64,000 bases of DNA from Deltaproteobacteria bacterium (GTDB lineage Bacteria > Myxococcota_A > Polyangia > Nannocystales > Nannocystaceae), in the NCBI GenBank assembly GCA_016712475.1, contig JADJRA010000001.1, positions 1,669,414 to 1,733,413 on the forward strand, given 5' to 3'. This document shows, piece after piece, positions 39,290 to 49,258 of this stretch. The first letter of the stretch is position 1. Each line of letters opens with the position of its first letter. A program made the translations under genes and the position numbers. The notes beneath the pieces were generated by a model. The model did not search any database. It saw only the letters and a program-made list of their open reading frames with translations, and was not told the DNA's origin.

Positions 39290-41515
39290 ATGCGACTGGG
39301 TGCTGGCCTGCTCCTCGTGCTCACGAGCTGCTCCGCGGTCGCGTCGCCGAGCTCGCCCGACGACGTGCCGACGGCGGACGCCGACGTGCTCGCAGTGGGC
39401 AGCACCTACGCGAGCGCAGGATTCCCGGAGACCGCCGGTCGACCTTGGGTGGTGCGCGTGGAGCAGGTGCCCGGGCGCGCGAGCGCCTGTGTCGAAGGGA
39501 TCCTGGTGCGATCGAGCTTGGGGGACGAGCTGTTGTTGACCCCGAATCTCGAGGTCGACTGGGAACCCAGCCTGCCGGCACGGGTGCCGCCGTGGCTGCG
39601 CACCGCCTCGCCGGTGGGGACGGACGAAGCCTTCGATCCGGTGCCCCGCGTGGCGCGTGCGGGGCGTGCACGCGAGGACGTGACGATCCACGAGGTGCGA
39701 CTCGATGCGACGGCGGAGCTCTCGGCGCCCCTGCGCGGTGCAACGCCGGCGTGGACGCTCCTCGGTTGCGGCGGTGAACCGCCCGCCGGCGACTACCGGC
39801 CGCTGGTGCTGGCGGCGTGGGCCATGGCCGCGGGGCAGCGGCAGCTGGCCGCCGACCTCGAGCGCACCAGCACCGAGAACGCGCGTCGGGGATTCGCCGA
39901 CCACCTCGCCACGCAGGTGGCCATCGAGGCCGCATCGGCGTTCGCATCGTTCGCGCCGCGGCCGTACGTCATCGGGCGGCTCGCGCGGGTCGTCGCGTTG
40001 GCGCCACGATCCTCGGCGGCGAAGTGGGCGAGCGACATGGCGGCGCGAATCGGCCACGATCCTCGTCCGGACGGTACTGGTCTGCAGGCGGACGCGGCGT
40101 TGCTGGCGGACGATCACGGATCAGGCGTGATCGGCCCCGAGCTGCGTTCTCCGTTCGCCGAGCTGACGCGTGCGCGATGGCGAGGACTGCCCTGGCTCGT
40201 GGCTCGGCTCGGTGACGCCACTCCCACGCGCGATGCGGATTTCTCGGATGGGGGGCGGATCCCGCGGTTTCGCACGGTCGGAGAGAAAGCACACCAGGCG
40301 ATCGAGCGCATCGCCGGCCGGCGATTCGCCGACCGCGACGCGATCGTCGCGTGGTGGAAGGTCGCCGAGGCCCGCGGCGAGCGGCGCACGTGGTTCGCCG
40401 ACTTCGCCGATGCCGCGGGCGTCGAGACCTGCATGCTGGCCGAACGCATCGTAGTCACGGCCGCACCGGCCGCGCTGCAGGCCGACGTCGACGCGCTGCT
40501 CGCCCTGCAGCCGCACTCACGGGCATCCACCCTCGCGTGCGTGCTCGCGTCGCTGCCCGAGTACGTGCGGATCGACGCGCCCGCCCGGACGGGCCCCTCC
40601 GTCGCGCTGCTGCAGCGCAGCCTCGACGATCCCGATCCACAGCTGGTCGCGCGTGCGGCCGAGGTGTTGCTGGAGATCGACCCGGTCCGCGCCGCGCGTT
40701 CGGTGGTCGAACCATTGCGACGCACGCGGCCGGCCGAGTGGAACGACGAATGGTCGGTGGACGCGCTGGTCTACGATCTGCTGCGTGCCGACCCGAGTGC
40801 CGGTGGCGACGCGGTGGTGGGGTTCTTGGCCGATCGCGAGGGCGAGTGGTTCGAGGCCGCGGTGCAGGGCCTGTCGGAGTGCCTCGACGACGACTGCCTG
40901 CCCACGCGGCCCCGGACGCGCCGCCGCGCCGCTGCGGTGCTGCATGCCGAGGCCGCACGCACGACCAACCTCGCGAGCTGGGACGATCGCGTGTATCGAG
41001 CCGCGCATCTGCTCGCCACGGGCCGCCGGCTCGCCCCGTCGGAGACCTTGCTGGCCGGGCTGCGGCGCGCGCTGCCCGAGCTGCGCCGAAGGGGGCTGAG
41101 CGTCGGAATCGAGCCGCGCGTGCTGCAGCCGACCGCCGCGGCCACGAGCGACGAGGTGGCACGCGTGGTGTTCGTCGATGCATCCGCGGGCGCCGAGGTC
41201 GAGGCCCTGCGTTCGTTGCCGGGCGCAGCCTTCGACCCGGTGCGGTTCTCCGACGCGCTCATGCGTTGGGTGGGCACCCGCGGCCGCGCGACCGCGGTGA
41301 TCGAACGCCACCCCGAAGGCGGGATCTCCATCTATCTCGAGCGGCGCTGCGACGACGAGCAGACCGGCGTGATGGTTCGCGTCGACGGTCTCGGCACGGG
41401 CTGCGGTACGCTGGAGTGCTTGCCCGATCTGGTGCGCGAGCGCGTCCTTCGACGACCCACCCGCGAAGCGATCGTCTGCGTGGTGACCGACGATCCCACG
41501 CAGGGCGTGGACTAG
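39290..41515 (+). CDS. large hypothetical lipoprotein (about 740 aa)
   Basis: Lipobox LLLVLTSC. Mostly alpha-helical, Arg/Ala/Leu-rich (HEAT/ARM-like?). Confidence 0.6.
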   Translation: MRLGAGLLLVLTSCSAVASPSSPDDVPTADADVLAVGSTYASAGFPETAGRPWVVRVEQVPGRASACVEGILVRSSLGDELLLTPNLEVDWEPSLPARVPPWLRTASPVGTDEAFDPVPRVARAGRAREDVTIHEVRLDATAELSAPLRGATPAWTLLGCGGEPPAGDYRPLVLAAWAMAAGQRQLAADLERTSTENARRGFADHLATQVAIEAASAFASFAPRPYVIGRLARVVALAPRSSAAKWASDMAARIGHDPRPDGTGLQADAALLADDHGSGVIGPELRSPFAELTRARWRGLPWLVARLGDATPTRDADFSDGGRIPRFRTVGEKAHQAIERIAGRRFADRDAIVAWWKVAEARGERRTWFADFADAAGVETCMLAERIVVTAAPAALQADVDALLALQPHSRASTLACVLASLPEYVRIDAPARTGPSVALLQRSLDDPDPQLVARAAEVLLEIDPVRAARSVVEPLRRTRPAEWNDEWSVDALVYDLLRADPSAGGDAVVGFLADREGEWFEAAVQGLSECLDDDCLPTRPRTRRRAAAVLHAEAARTTNLASWDDRVYRAAHLLATGRRLAPSETLLAGLRRALPELRRRGLSVGIEPRVLQPTAAATSDEVARVVFVDASAGAEVEALRSLPGAAFDPVRFSDALMRWVGTRGRATAVIERHPEGGISIYLERRCDDEQTGVMVRVDGLGTGCGTLECLPDLVRERVLRRPTREAIVCVVTDDPTQGVD

Positions 41516-41715
41516 CTCTGCCGCTCGTGCCCATGCTCGAGCGAGCTCGGCGATCCGCGTGGACGTTGCGTGATCGCATGTGACGGGCGCCAGCGTCCGT
41601 CAATTCGATTGAAGGCCGAGCGTCGCGCCGACGTAGGTGCATCGAGGCGCCGTCCGCATGGTCTTCCGCTGCACCACGAGCGCACGCATCGCGTGGCCCC
41701 TGGGCGGGGCGTCGC

Positions 41716-42337
41716 GATGACGCGGCGGCGTGCCGATCCCAGTGCCCTGGTCCGAGCGGGTGCCGATCGCTCCGACGCCCCCGCACCTGCGGCGCCCGCC
41801 CGCCTGCAGTCCACCGTCACCTCGTTCGGGACCGTCGCCCTCTCCCGCGGCGAGGTGCTCGCCCGGCTCGCTCCGCCGGAGCCCGAGCCGCGGGTGCTCT
41901 TCGCCGAGCGCTACGACCTGCGCATCACGGAGTCGGGCGCGCGGGCGAGTCGCGATCGCAACGGATTGTTCTTCGCCAAGGCCGCGGTCGAGATCGATCT
42001 CGTCGCCATCGACGACATGCACACGAGCGTCGCCATCCGCGCGGTCCGCCGCTGGGGCCCCGTCGAGATCGCCGTCGTCGTCGTGCCGCTGCTGGTACTC
42101 GTTCTCGAGGCGTTGATCACGATGCCGCTCGCCTCGGGGTACATGCTGCGCGCGTTCGCCCTGTTCACGCTGTTGGCCACCGGCGCCCGGCGGTACCGGG
42201 CGTGGGTCGAGCGCACACGACTGGAGCGCGAGATCCGTGCGCGTCTCGCCGCCTTCGTGGTGCCGGACCAGCCGCTCGAGCTGCCGTACCGCAAGGGCGC
42301 CGCGCAGCTGCCCGAAGGCGAACGCTCGCCACAGTGA
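41716..42337 (+). CDS. hypothetical membrane-associated protein
   Basis: Internal Met of ORF 41570..42337. One clear TM stretch (IAVVVVPLLVLVLEALI). Weak call. Confidence 0.3.
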
Positions 42338-42432
42338 CGGGGCGTCGACCACCGCTCGCGTGGCGTCGATGTCGTCACCCGGCGGCGAAGACGTCGTGAC
42401 GCAGGTGGGCGCTCTCGAATACGATCGTCGAC

Positions 42433-43608
42433 ATGCGATCGTCGTCGATCACCCGCGGGTTGCTCGTACTTCTGCTCCTCGCGCCGTCGACCGCGTACGC
42501 AGTCGAGCCGTACTGCGTCGACAACCCCGCGGTCATCTACTGCAACGACTTCGAAGAGAGCTTGGACGGCATCGAGGCGCTGCCGCGCGCGACGCTCGTC
42601 TCGGCGCAGAGCGGTGCGCCGACCTTCGAAGGCGACGGTGCTCTGCTCGCCGACTTCACACCGCCGTACGGCGCCGACGCGGAGTTCTCGGTGCGCTTCG
42701 CCGGTGCCGATCGGGTGTACGCGCGCTTCTACATGCGCTTCGACGATTCGTGGACCGAGCCGATGCACCACTTCTACGCGATCCACGGCGATCGCACCGA
42801 CGACGAATGGTCGTGCCACGGCGACGCGGGCTGTCGCCCGAACGGTGTGCAGTGCCTCAACGGCACGACCGTCGACACGCGCGTCGTCACCGACGGCGAG
42901 CTACCCGGGCAGCCGTTCTTCTACACGTACCACCCGGCGATGAACTGCGATCCGGGCGACAGCTGCGCGAACTATGCCGACCCGCAGGCGATCTGCGACG
43001 GCTGTGCCGATCGCGGGCTGCCGTGCGAGATGGGCCTCGAGTGTTGCTGGGGCGAGAACCTCGACATCTCCGATCCCTCGGTCTCGCTCGTCGCCGACAC
43101 CTGGTACGCGATCGAGACGATGGTCGCCGCGAACACGCCGGGCGTCGCCGACGGCGAGATGACGCTGTGGATCGACGGGGTGGAGATCGGGCATCACGAC
43201 GGCATTCTCTGGCGCGAGGATCCGACCCTGCAGCTCAACCACTTCATCGTGTGGAACTACTACCCGGAGGCCGAGGTCGCGCATCGCATCTGGTTCGACG
43301 CGCTCGTGATCAGCACCGAGCCGATCGGTGTGCTCGGTGGGGGCGCGTCCGATACGAGCGGCAGTGGCGGCGGCACCAGCGACGGCATGACCACCGCGCC
43401 GGGCGAGGGGAGCGCGACCAGCTCGGCGACGACGTCACCGGACGGAGGCAGCGCGAGCACGACGACCCCGGGCGCGGGTACGGCGGGCGAGTCGACGGGC
43501 GCTGGGGAGAACGCCGATGGCGCGAGCGGCTGCGGGTGCCGCAGCGCCGGCACGCCGACCGCGTTCGCGTGGCTGCTCATGCTCGGCGTGCTGCGACGCC
43601 GGAGGTGA
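42433..43608 (+). CDS. secreted concanavalin-A-like (polysaccharide-lyase/glucanase-fold) protein with MYXO-CTERM sorting signal
   Basis: Signal peptide LLVLLLLAPSTAYA. Jelly-roll-like core (TWYAIETMVAANTPGVADGEMTLWIDGVEIG). C-terminal GCGCRSAGTPTAFAWLLMLGVLRRRR is the MYXO-CTERM pattern. Confidence 0.7.
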   Translation: MRSSSITRGLLVLLLLAPSTAYAVEPYCVDNPAVIYCNDFEESLDGIEALPRATLVSAQSGAPTFEGDGALLADFTPPYGADAEFSVRFAGADRVYARFYMRFDDSWTEPMHHFYAIHGDRTDDEWSCHGDAGCRPNGVQCLNGTTVDTRVVTDGELPGQPFFYTYHPAMNCDPGDSCANYADPQAICDGCADRGLPCEMGLECCWGENLDISDPSVSLVADTWYAIETMVAANTPGVADGEMTLWIDGVEIGHHDGILWREDPTLQLNHFIVWNYYPEAEVAHRIWFDALVISTEPIGVLGGGASDTSGSGGGTSDGMTTAPGEGSATSSATTSPDGGSASTTTPGAGTAGESTGAGENADGASGCGCRSAGTPTAFAWLLMLGVLRRRR

Positions 43609-43682
43609 TGTTGGGGTGCGTCGTCGGGCCCGAGCCGAACGGCCGGGGCAGCGGCGAGTGCCGGAACCAACGGACGCGCCGC

Positions 43683-44774
43683 CTACTTCGCCGCGATGTA
43701 GACCATCCCCCGCTGCCCGACGACCAGCCCCGACGGCTCCGCGAGCGCCACCACCACCTCGAGGATCTTCGTGTCGTTGCGCTCCACGGGATCATCCGTC
43801 CGCAGGTTCTTGCGACCCATGCGTCGGCCGATCTCCACCACCTCACCGCCGAGATCGCGGCCCGGCATCGCGGGCACCCGCAGGATCGCGAGCGCCCCCA
43901 GCTCGATCCTCGCGACGTCGCGCTCGTCGACATCGACGCGCACGTGCAAGATCCGCGTGTCACCCATCACCATCAACGGCTCGGCGCCGCCGGGCTGGTA
44001 GTACTCGCCCTCGCGGAACTTGCTCTGCAGCAACTCACCGGCGAGCGGCGCGTCGACGAAACGACTCGCCAAGGTCGCGGCGGCCTGATCGCGCCGGGCC
44101 TGCGCGGCGACGAGGCGCGCGCGGGCGGCTTGGATGTCCTCGCGTCGCGAGCCGCGGATGCTCGCGTCGCGTCGCGCCTCGCTCTGTCGCGCGGCGGCGG
44201 TGTCGACCTCGGCCTGCTTGCGCGCGCGCTCGAGCTCGTCGACGGTGGTGCCGCCCTTGGCGATCACGGACTCGAGTCGCGTGAGCACGCCGGCGGAGAG
44301 CTCGGCGCGGGCGCGGGCGGCCTCGGCCTCGGCCTCGGCGGCGCGGATGTCCTCGCGACGATTGCCGCGGAGTGTCCGGTCGAGCTCGGCCTGGGCGGCG
44401 AGCACCTCGGCCTGCGCGCCGGCGAGCGCCGCCTGCTCGACGCCGTGCTCGAGCTCGACCAATCGCGCGCCCGCCTCGACGAACTGGCCCTCCTTCGCGG
44501 CGATCGCCACGATGCGTCCACCGACGTCGCCGGCGACCTTCACCTCGCGACCGCTCGGCTCGACGACCCCGTTGCCGCCGACGAAGTTGCCCTCGGGCAC
44601 GGCCATGCGCTCGTCGAGGCCGCCCTCGGGGATTGTCTCGCGCGCGGCGATCTCGACGTCGGCGGGGCGCGGATCGGTGGGCGACGGCGCGACGTAGGCG
44701 CGGGCCACGACGGCGACGAGGCCGATCGTGACCGCGGGGGCGACGACGGCGGTGAACCAGCGAAAGCGACTCAC
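43683..44774 (-). CDS. HlyD-family periplasmic adaptor (membrane fusion protein, DevB-like)
   Basis: N-terminal TM, long coiled-coil (..EAEAEAARARAEL..), C-terminal beta-barrel region (ILHVRVDVDERDVARIELG..). Start overlaps the ABC ATPase stop (ATGA). Confidence 0.85.
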   Translation of the reverse strand: MSRFRWFTAVVAPAVTIGLVAVVARAYVAPSPTDPRPADVEIAARETIPEGGLDERMAVPEGNFVGGNGVVEPSGREVKVAGDVGGRIVAIAAKEGQFVEAGARLVELEHGVEQAALAGAQAEVLAAQAELDRTLRGNRREDIRAAEAEAEAARARAELSAGVLTRLESVIAKGGTTVDELERARKQAEVDTAAARQSEARRDASIRGSRREDIQAARARLVAAQARRDQAAATLASRFVDAPLAGELLQSKFREGEYYQPGGAEPLMVMGDTRILHVRVDVDERDVARIELGALAILRVPAMPGRDLGGEVVEIGRRMGRKNLRTDDPVERNDTKILEVVVALAEPSGLVVGQRGMVYIAAK

Positions 44775-45472
44775 GGGGCTGCTCCTGTCTGTTCCTGCAC
44801 GATGTGGCCGTCCTCGATGTGCACGATGCGATCGGCGAGGTGGAAGATGCGGTTGTCGTGGGTGACGACCACGACCGTGTCGCCACGCTCGCGGCTGACC
44901 TCGCGCAACAGCTCGGTGGCCTGCAGGCCGCTTGCGGCGTCGAGGGCTGCGGTCGGCTCGTCGGCGAGCACCAGCGGCGGATCTCCGGCGAGCGCGCGGG
45001 CGATCGCGACGCGCTGGCGCTGCCCGCCCGACAGCTCTGCGGGCCGCGCATGCAGCTTGGTGCCGAGCGACACCCGCTCGAGCAGTCGCTTGGCCTCGGC
45101 GTTCGCGTCGCCCACCGACCAGCCCTTCATCTTCAGGACCAAGGCGACGTTGTCGCGCGCGGTGAGGGCCGGCAGCAGGTTGTGGCCCTGGAAGATGAAG
45201 CCGATCGTGGCCATGCGCACCGCGGGCAGCTTGCGCTCGGGCAAGCCACTGACGCGCGCGCCGAAGAGCGACAGCTCGCCTTGCGTGCTGCTGAGCACGC
45301 AGCCGAGGATCGATAGCAGCGTGGTCTTGCCGCTGCCCGAGGGCCCCGCGAGCATCACGAACTCGCCGCGGCGCACCTGCAAATCGACGCCGGCCAGCGC
45401 CTGGAATGCCAGCGCGCCGGAGCCGAAGGTCTTGGCGATGCCGCGGGCATCGATCGCGAGCTCGGCGCTCAT
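44771..45472 (-). CDS. ABC transporter ATP-binding protein (MacB/LolD/DevA-like)
   Basis: Walker A GPSGSGKTT, signature LSGGQRQRVAIARAL, Walker B LVLADEPT. Start MSAELAIDARG at 45472. Confidence 0.9.
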   Translation of the reverse strand: MSAELAIDARGIAKTFGSGALAFQALAGVDLQVRRGEFVMLAGPSGSGKTTLLSILGCVLSSTQGELSLFGARVSGLPERKLPAVRMATIGFIFQGHNLLPALTARDNVALVLKMKGWSVGDANAEAKRLLERVSLGTKLHARPAELSGGQRQRVAIARALAGDPPLVLADEPTAALDAASGLQATELLREVSRERGDTVVVVTHDNRIFHLADRIVHIEDGHIVQEQTGAAP

Positions 45473-46650
45473 CGGAACACCATCCCCGGCTCGAGGCCGC
45501 GTACGCGCAGCAGCGCCAGCCCCGAGGCGAGCATGCACAGCACGATCATCGCGGCGGGGGCCAGCAGGTACAGCTCGGGCACGATGATCGGCACCAGCTG
45601 CGGGCTACGGATGCCCTCGGACATGCCGGTGACCAGCGCCATGCCGAGCAGCGATCCGAACACGGCGTAGCCGATCGACTGCGCGAGCAACAGCTTGGTC
45701 AGATCGAAGTTCGTGCAGCCGATCGCCTTGAGCGTCCCGAACTCGCGGATGTGGTCGAGCACCGACGAGAACATCGACAGCGCCACGATCGCGAAGCCGA
45801 CCAGCAAGCCGAACGCGGTCGAGGTGCCGAACGACACGCCCAGCTGATCGGCGATCAGGCGCCCGACGATCGAGTCGTGGAACTGCGCGCCCGTCATGAC
45901 CTTGGTCTCGGGCAGCGCGGCGGCGAGTCGGGCGGCGACCTCCTCGGGATCAACGCCCGCATCGACGCGCACGAGCACGAACGTGTGCTGGTCCGCGGGC
46001 GCGCGCACGAGCTCGCGCACCAGCTCGATGTCGCCGAAGGCGTACGGCGGCCCGAACGGCAGCAATCCCCACGTGAAGCCGCCGACGGTCACCAGCCGGC
46101 CGTTGAGCTCGCGGCGGCTGCCGAGGTTGAGCGCGCCGAGCTTGTCGCGCTCGGCGTCCTCGAAGATCACGGTGTCGGGCCGCGCGAGGACGTCGGGATC
46201 GCCGGCGACCATCGCCCACGGTCCGCCCAGCCGCAGCGGCGCCGCGGTGCCGATGAGCGTGACCGGCTCGGAGGCCCCCAGCGGCGTCTTGATGACGGCG
46301 CCAGCGTAGACCAGCGGCTCCGCGATCGCGACGCCCGGGGTCGTGCGCGCGCGCATCAGCACCGCGTCCGACAGCGGCGCGCCGGGCTGCAGCTGCTCGG
46401 TACCCGCCGGGGTGATCCACACGTCGGCGCCGGCGTGGTCGACGAACATCGTGTTCTTGTCGAGCAGGCCGAACAGGATGCTGAGCTGCTGCAGCGACAG
46501 CACCACCGCGAAGACGACGCCGACGAGCGTGCCGGCGAGCTTGGGCTTGTCGTAGATCATCATCTCGACGCCGAGCGCGGCCATGGCCCGCGCGCGGTAG
46601 CCGAACCACGCGCGACGAGGTCGTCGTGGCGATGTGGGGTTCGGCGTCAT
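45469..46650 (-). CDS. ABC transporter permease (FtsX/MacB/DevC-like)
   Basis: Start MTPNPTS.. at 46650 with GGAGG about 8 nt upstream. N-terminal TM, large periplasmic domain, three C-terminal TM (FtsX fold). The 5' part of ORF 45469..47202 is Arg-rich shadow. Confidence 0.8.
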   Translation of the reverse strand: MTPNPTSPRRPRRAWFGYRARAMAALGVEMMIYDKPKLAGTLVGVVFAVVLSLQQLSILFGLLDKNTMFVDHAGADVWITPAGTEQLQPGAPLSDAVLMRARTTPGVAIAEPLVYAGAVIKTPLGASEPVTLIGTAAPLRLGGPWAMVAGDPDVLARPDTVIFEDAERDKLGALNLGSRRELNGRLVTVGGFTWGLLPFGPPYAFGDIELVRELVRAPADQHTFVLVRVDAGVDPEEVAARLAAALPETKVMTGAQFHDSIVGRLIADQLGVSFGTSTAFGLLVGFAIVALSMFSSVLDHIREFGTLKAIGCTNFDLTKLLLAQSIGYAVFGSLLGMALVTGMSEGIRSPQLVPIIVPELYLLAPAAMIVLCMLASGLALLRVRGLEPGMVFR

Positions 46651-47936
46651 CGCAGATCCTCCACCCCGCGGCCCGCGGCGAGCCGCAGCTGCGCGCGCGC
46701 GTACGACAACTCGCTGGTCGCCTGGATGCGGCTCGCCTCGGCGACGAAGCCATCGCGCAACGCCTGCACCACCTCGAGCTGCGTCGCGGTGCCGCCCTCG
46801 TAGCGGGCCTGCGCCACCGCGATCGCGGCCTGGCTCGCCTCGGCCTCGGACGCCGCGGCGACGGCCCGCACGCGCAGCGACTCGACGCGATCGTGGGCGT
46901 CCTCGATCTCGAGTCGCTTGCTGCGCTTCGCGAGATCGAAGCGGGCCTCGCTCGCCGCCACGTTCGCCCGCTCGGCGCGGGCGCGGTGGATCGCCTGCAC
47001 GTCGAAGCGCGCGGTCAGGGTCACGCCGACCGCCCACTGCGCGGGCTGGCCGAAGCCGGCGGCGTTGGTCAGCCGCTCGGTGGCGCGGGCCGACAAGAGC
47101 GGCAGGAACACCGAGCGTCGCGCGCGGAGGTTGGCCTCGGCCGCCCGGATCTTCGTCCGCGCCGACGCGACCTCGTCGGTGCCCTCGAGGCCGTCGAGCC
47201 ACGTCGGCAGCGCGGCCTCGGCCCGGAGATCCGCGGGCGGCGCGGGGATCGGATCGGCCACGGCGATTCCGGTGATCGCCTCGAGTTCACGCGCGGCGCT
47301 CCGCTTGCGAAGCGACGCCTCGGCGATCGCCTGCTCGGCCGCCGCGACCTGGGCGGTCGCGCGGCGCACGTCGAGATCGGACGCCAGCCCGCCCGACTCG
47401 CGGGCGCGCACCACCTCGAGGTTCGCCCGCGCCGCATCGAGGCCGCCCTCCGCCGAGCGCGAGAGCGCCTCGTAGGCGAGGAGGTTGGTGTAGGCCGCGA
47501 CGATCCGGTCGTCGAGATCGACGAGCGCGACGGTGCGATCGCGAACCGCAGCCTGCTCGCTGGCGCGGGCCGACTGGGTCCGACGGATCGCCGCGAGATC
47601 GAGCAGCGGCACCGTCAGCGTCACCGAGGCGTCGAGCTGGTTGCGCGGGGTGAACGTCGCCTCGTCGAAGCCACCGGCCGCGTTGGGGATCCGCGCGACG
47701 ATGTCGAACTGATTGCGCGTGTAGCCGGCCGAGGCCTCGAGCGCGGGGAACAGCCCCGCCCGCTCGGCGCGGGTCTCGGCCTTACGCGCCGTGACGGTGG
47801 CCGCGGTCTCGCGCGCCTCGGCGGCATGGCTGCGCCCAGCCTCGAGGTAGCGCGCCAGCGGCTCGAGCGCGGCGGCGGCGGTGGGGGTGCACGCGAGTGC
47901 GCACGCGATCGCGATCGACGGAATCCTACGGCCCAT
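46647..47936 (-). CDS. TolC-family outer-membrane efflux protein
   Basis: Signal/lipobox IAIACALAC. Two repeats of the OEP coiled-coil/beta pattern. Stop overlaps the permease start (ATGA). Confidence 0.8.
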   Translation of the reverse strand: MGRRIPSIAIACALACTPTAAAALEPLARYLEAGRSHAAEARETAATVTARKAETRAERAGLFPALEASAGYTRNQFDIVARIPNAAGGFDEATFTPRNQLDASVTLTVPLLDLAAIRRTQSARASEQAAVRDRTVALVDLDDRIVAAYTNLLAYEALSRSAEGGLDAARANLEVVRARESGGLASDLDVRRATAQVAAAEQAIAEASLRKRSAARELEAITGIAVADPIPAPPADLRAEAALPTWLDGLEGTDEVASARTKIRAAEANLRARRSVFLPLLSARATERLTNAAGFGQPAQWAVGVTLTARFDVQAIHRARAERANVAASEARFDLAKRSKRLEIEDAHDRVESLRVRAVAAASEAEASQAAIAVAQARYEGGTATQLEVVQALRDGFVAEASRIQATSELSYARAQLRLAAGRGVEDLR

Positions 47937-48028
47937 GCTCGTGCCAGCGGTCTACGGCACACCTCCGGGATCGTCGAGGTGCGCCGAGGTCACGATTGTG
48001 GCCCGCGCGACCGCAGCGAGCATGACCT

Positions 48029-49258
48029 TTGGCCGGTGTGGCGGCGCTGCGGGAGGCCGCTAGACTCGTCGCCGACGTGGCGACGAGCGCGATCGAGGAC
48101 GGCGACGTCGAGGCCAAGTTGCGGGTGCAGATCCGCTTCTGGGCGAAGGTCGCGAGCACGGTGGTGCTGGCGTCGAACGTGACACTCGCGCTGTGGCCCG
48201 GCGAGCCCTTTCGCTGGACGATCGTGGGCCTCGATTGCGTCTGGGCCATCGCGCTCGTGCTCGGCGCATCGCGGCCCCGCTGGTTGGCGGTGTCGGTCAT
48301 CGCCGCGGTGATCGAGCTGTCGTTCTATGGCTGGGCCGCGGCCGGAGCGTTCATCGTGCTGGTCGCCGCGCTCGCGATGCGACTGCCGCCCGCCCGCGCG
48401 GGGGCGTCGACGTTGGGCATGTGGGGCGCCGCGGCGCTCGGGATCCTGTGGCTGGGCGACGGCCATCCACCGGAGTACGACATGCAGCCGCGGGAGCTCA
48501 TGTTCGCGGCCTGCAACATGTTCGTCCTCGGTGCCTTGATGCGCAGCTCGCTGCTGTCGCGGTTCCGTGCGGAGTCGCTGGCGTCGCAGCTCCACGCCGC
48601 GCACGACATGCTGCGCCGCGACCTCGCGACCACCGAGGCGCTCGCCGCCGCGCAGGAGCGCACGCGGATCGCCCACGAGCTCCACGACAGCCTCGGGCAC
48701 TCGCTGGCCACGGCGCACGTGCACACCCAGCTCGCGCGTCGGCTCGCGCAGCAGTCGTGCGAGCCCGCCGACCCCGCTCACCCGGCCCTGCTGCAGGCGA
48801 TCGATCAGGTCGGCGAGTCGACACGGCGGGCGATGCACGAGCTGCGCGATGCGGTCTCACTGCTACGCCATCGCTCGGACGTCGCGACGCTGGGCACGCG
48901 GATCCGGGCGCTGCTGGCCCGCCTGCCGGAGGCCGTGCTCGCCCACGAAGTCGCCGTCGTGGGCGACGAGCGAGCGCTGGCCCCGGCGACCGAGTTCGCG
49001 ATCTATCGCGCGCTGCAGGAGGCGATGACCAACGTCGTCAAGCACGCGCGCGCCCGCGCGGTGTCGGTGCGGCTCGAGTACACGGCGTCGTGGGTGCGAC
49101 TCGAGGTCGTCGACGACGGTGCCGGCACCGACGAGCTGCGCCCCGGCTTCGGCCTGCGCGGCATCGCCGAGCGCCTGAAGTCGGTCGGGGGTCGTCTCGA
49201 CGTGTCGTCGGCGGCGGGCAAGGGGTTGCGTCTGCGGGTCGAGGTCGACGCGGCATGA
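48029..49258 (+). CDS. NarL-class sensor histidine kinase (HisKA_3 + HATPase_c) with multi-TM N-terminal region
   Basis: At least 5 TM helices with almost no periplasmic loop. H-box RIAHELHDSLGHSL. ATP-lid region GFGLRGIAERL. Divergent from the efflux operon with a 92-bp spacer. Confidence 0.8.
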   Translation: MAGVAALREAARLVADVATSAIEDGDVEAKLRVQIRFWAKVASTVVLASNVTLALWPGEPFRWTIVGLDCVWAIALVLGASRPRWLAVSVIAAVIELSFYGWAAAGAFIVLVAALAMRLPPARAGASTLGMWGAAALGILWLGDGHPPEYDMQPRELMFAACNMFVLGALMRSSLLSRFRAESLASQLHAAHDMLRRDLATTEALAAAQERTRIAHELHDSLGHSLATAHVHTQLARRLAQQSCEPADPAHPALLQAIDQVGESTRRAMHELRDAVSLLRHRSDVATLGTRIRALLARLPEAVLAHEVAVVGDERALAPATEFAIYRALQEAMTNVVKHARARAVSVRLEYTASWVRLEVVDDGAGTDELRPGFGLRGIAERLKSVGGRLDVSSAAGKGLRLRVEVDAA

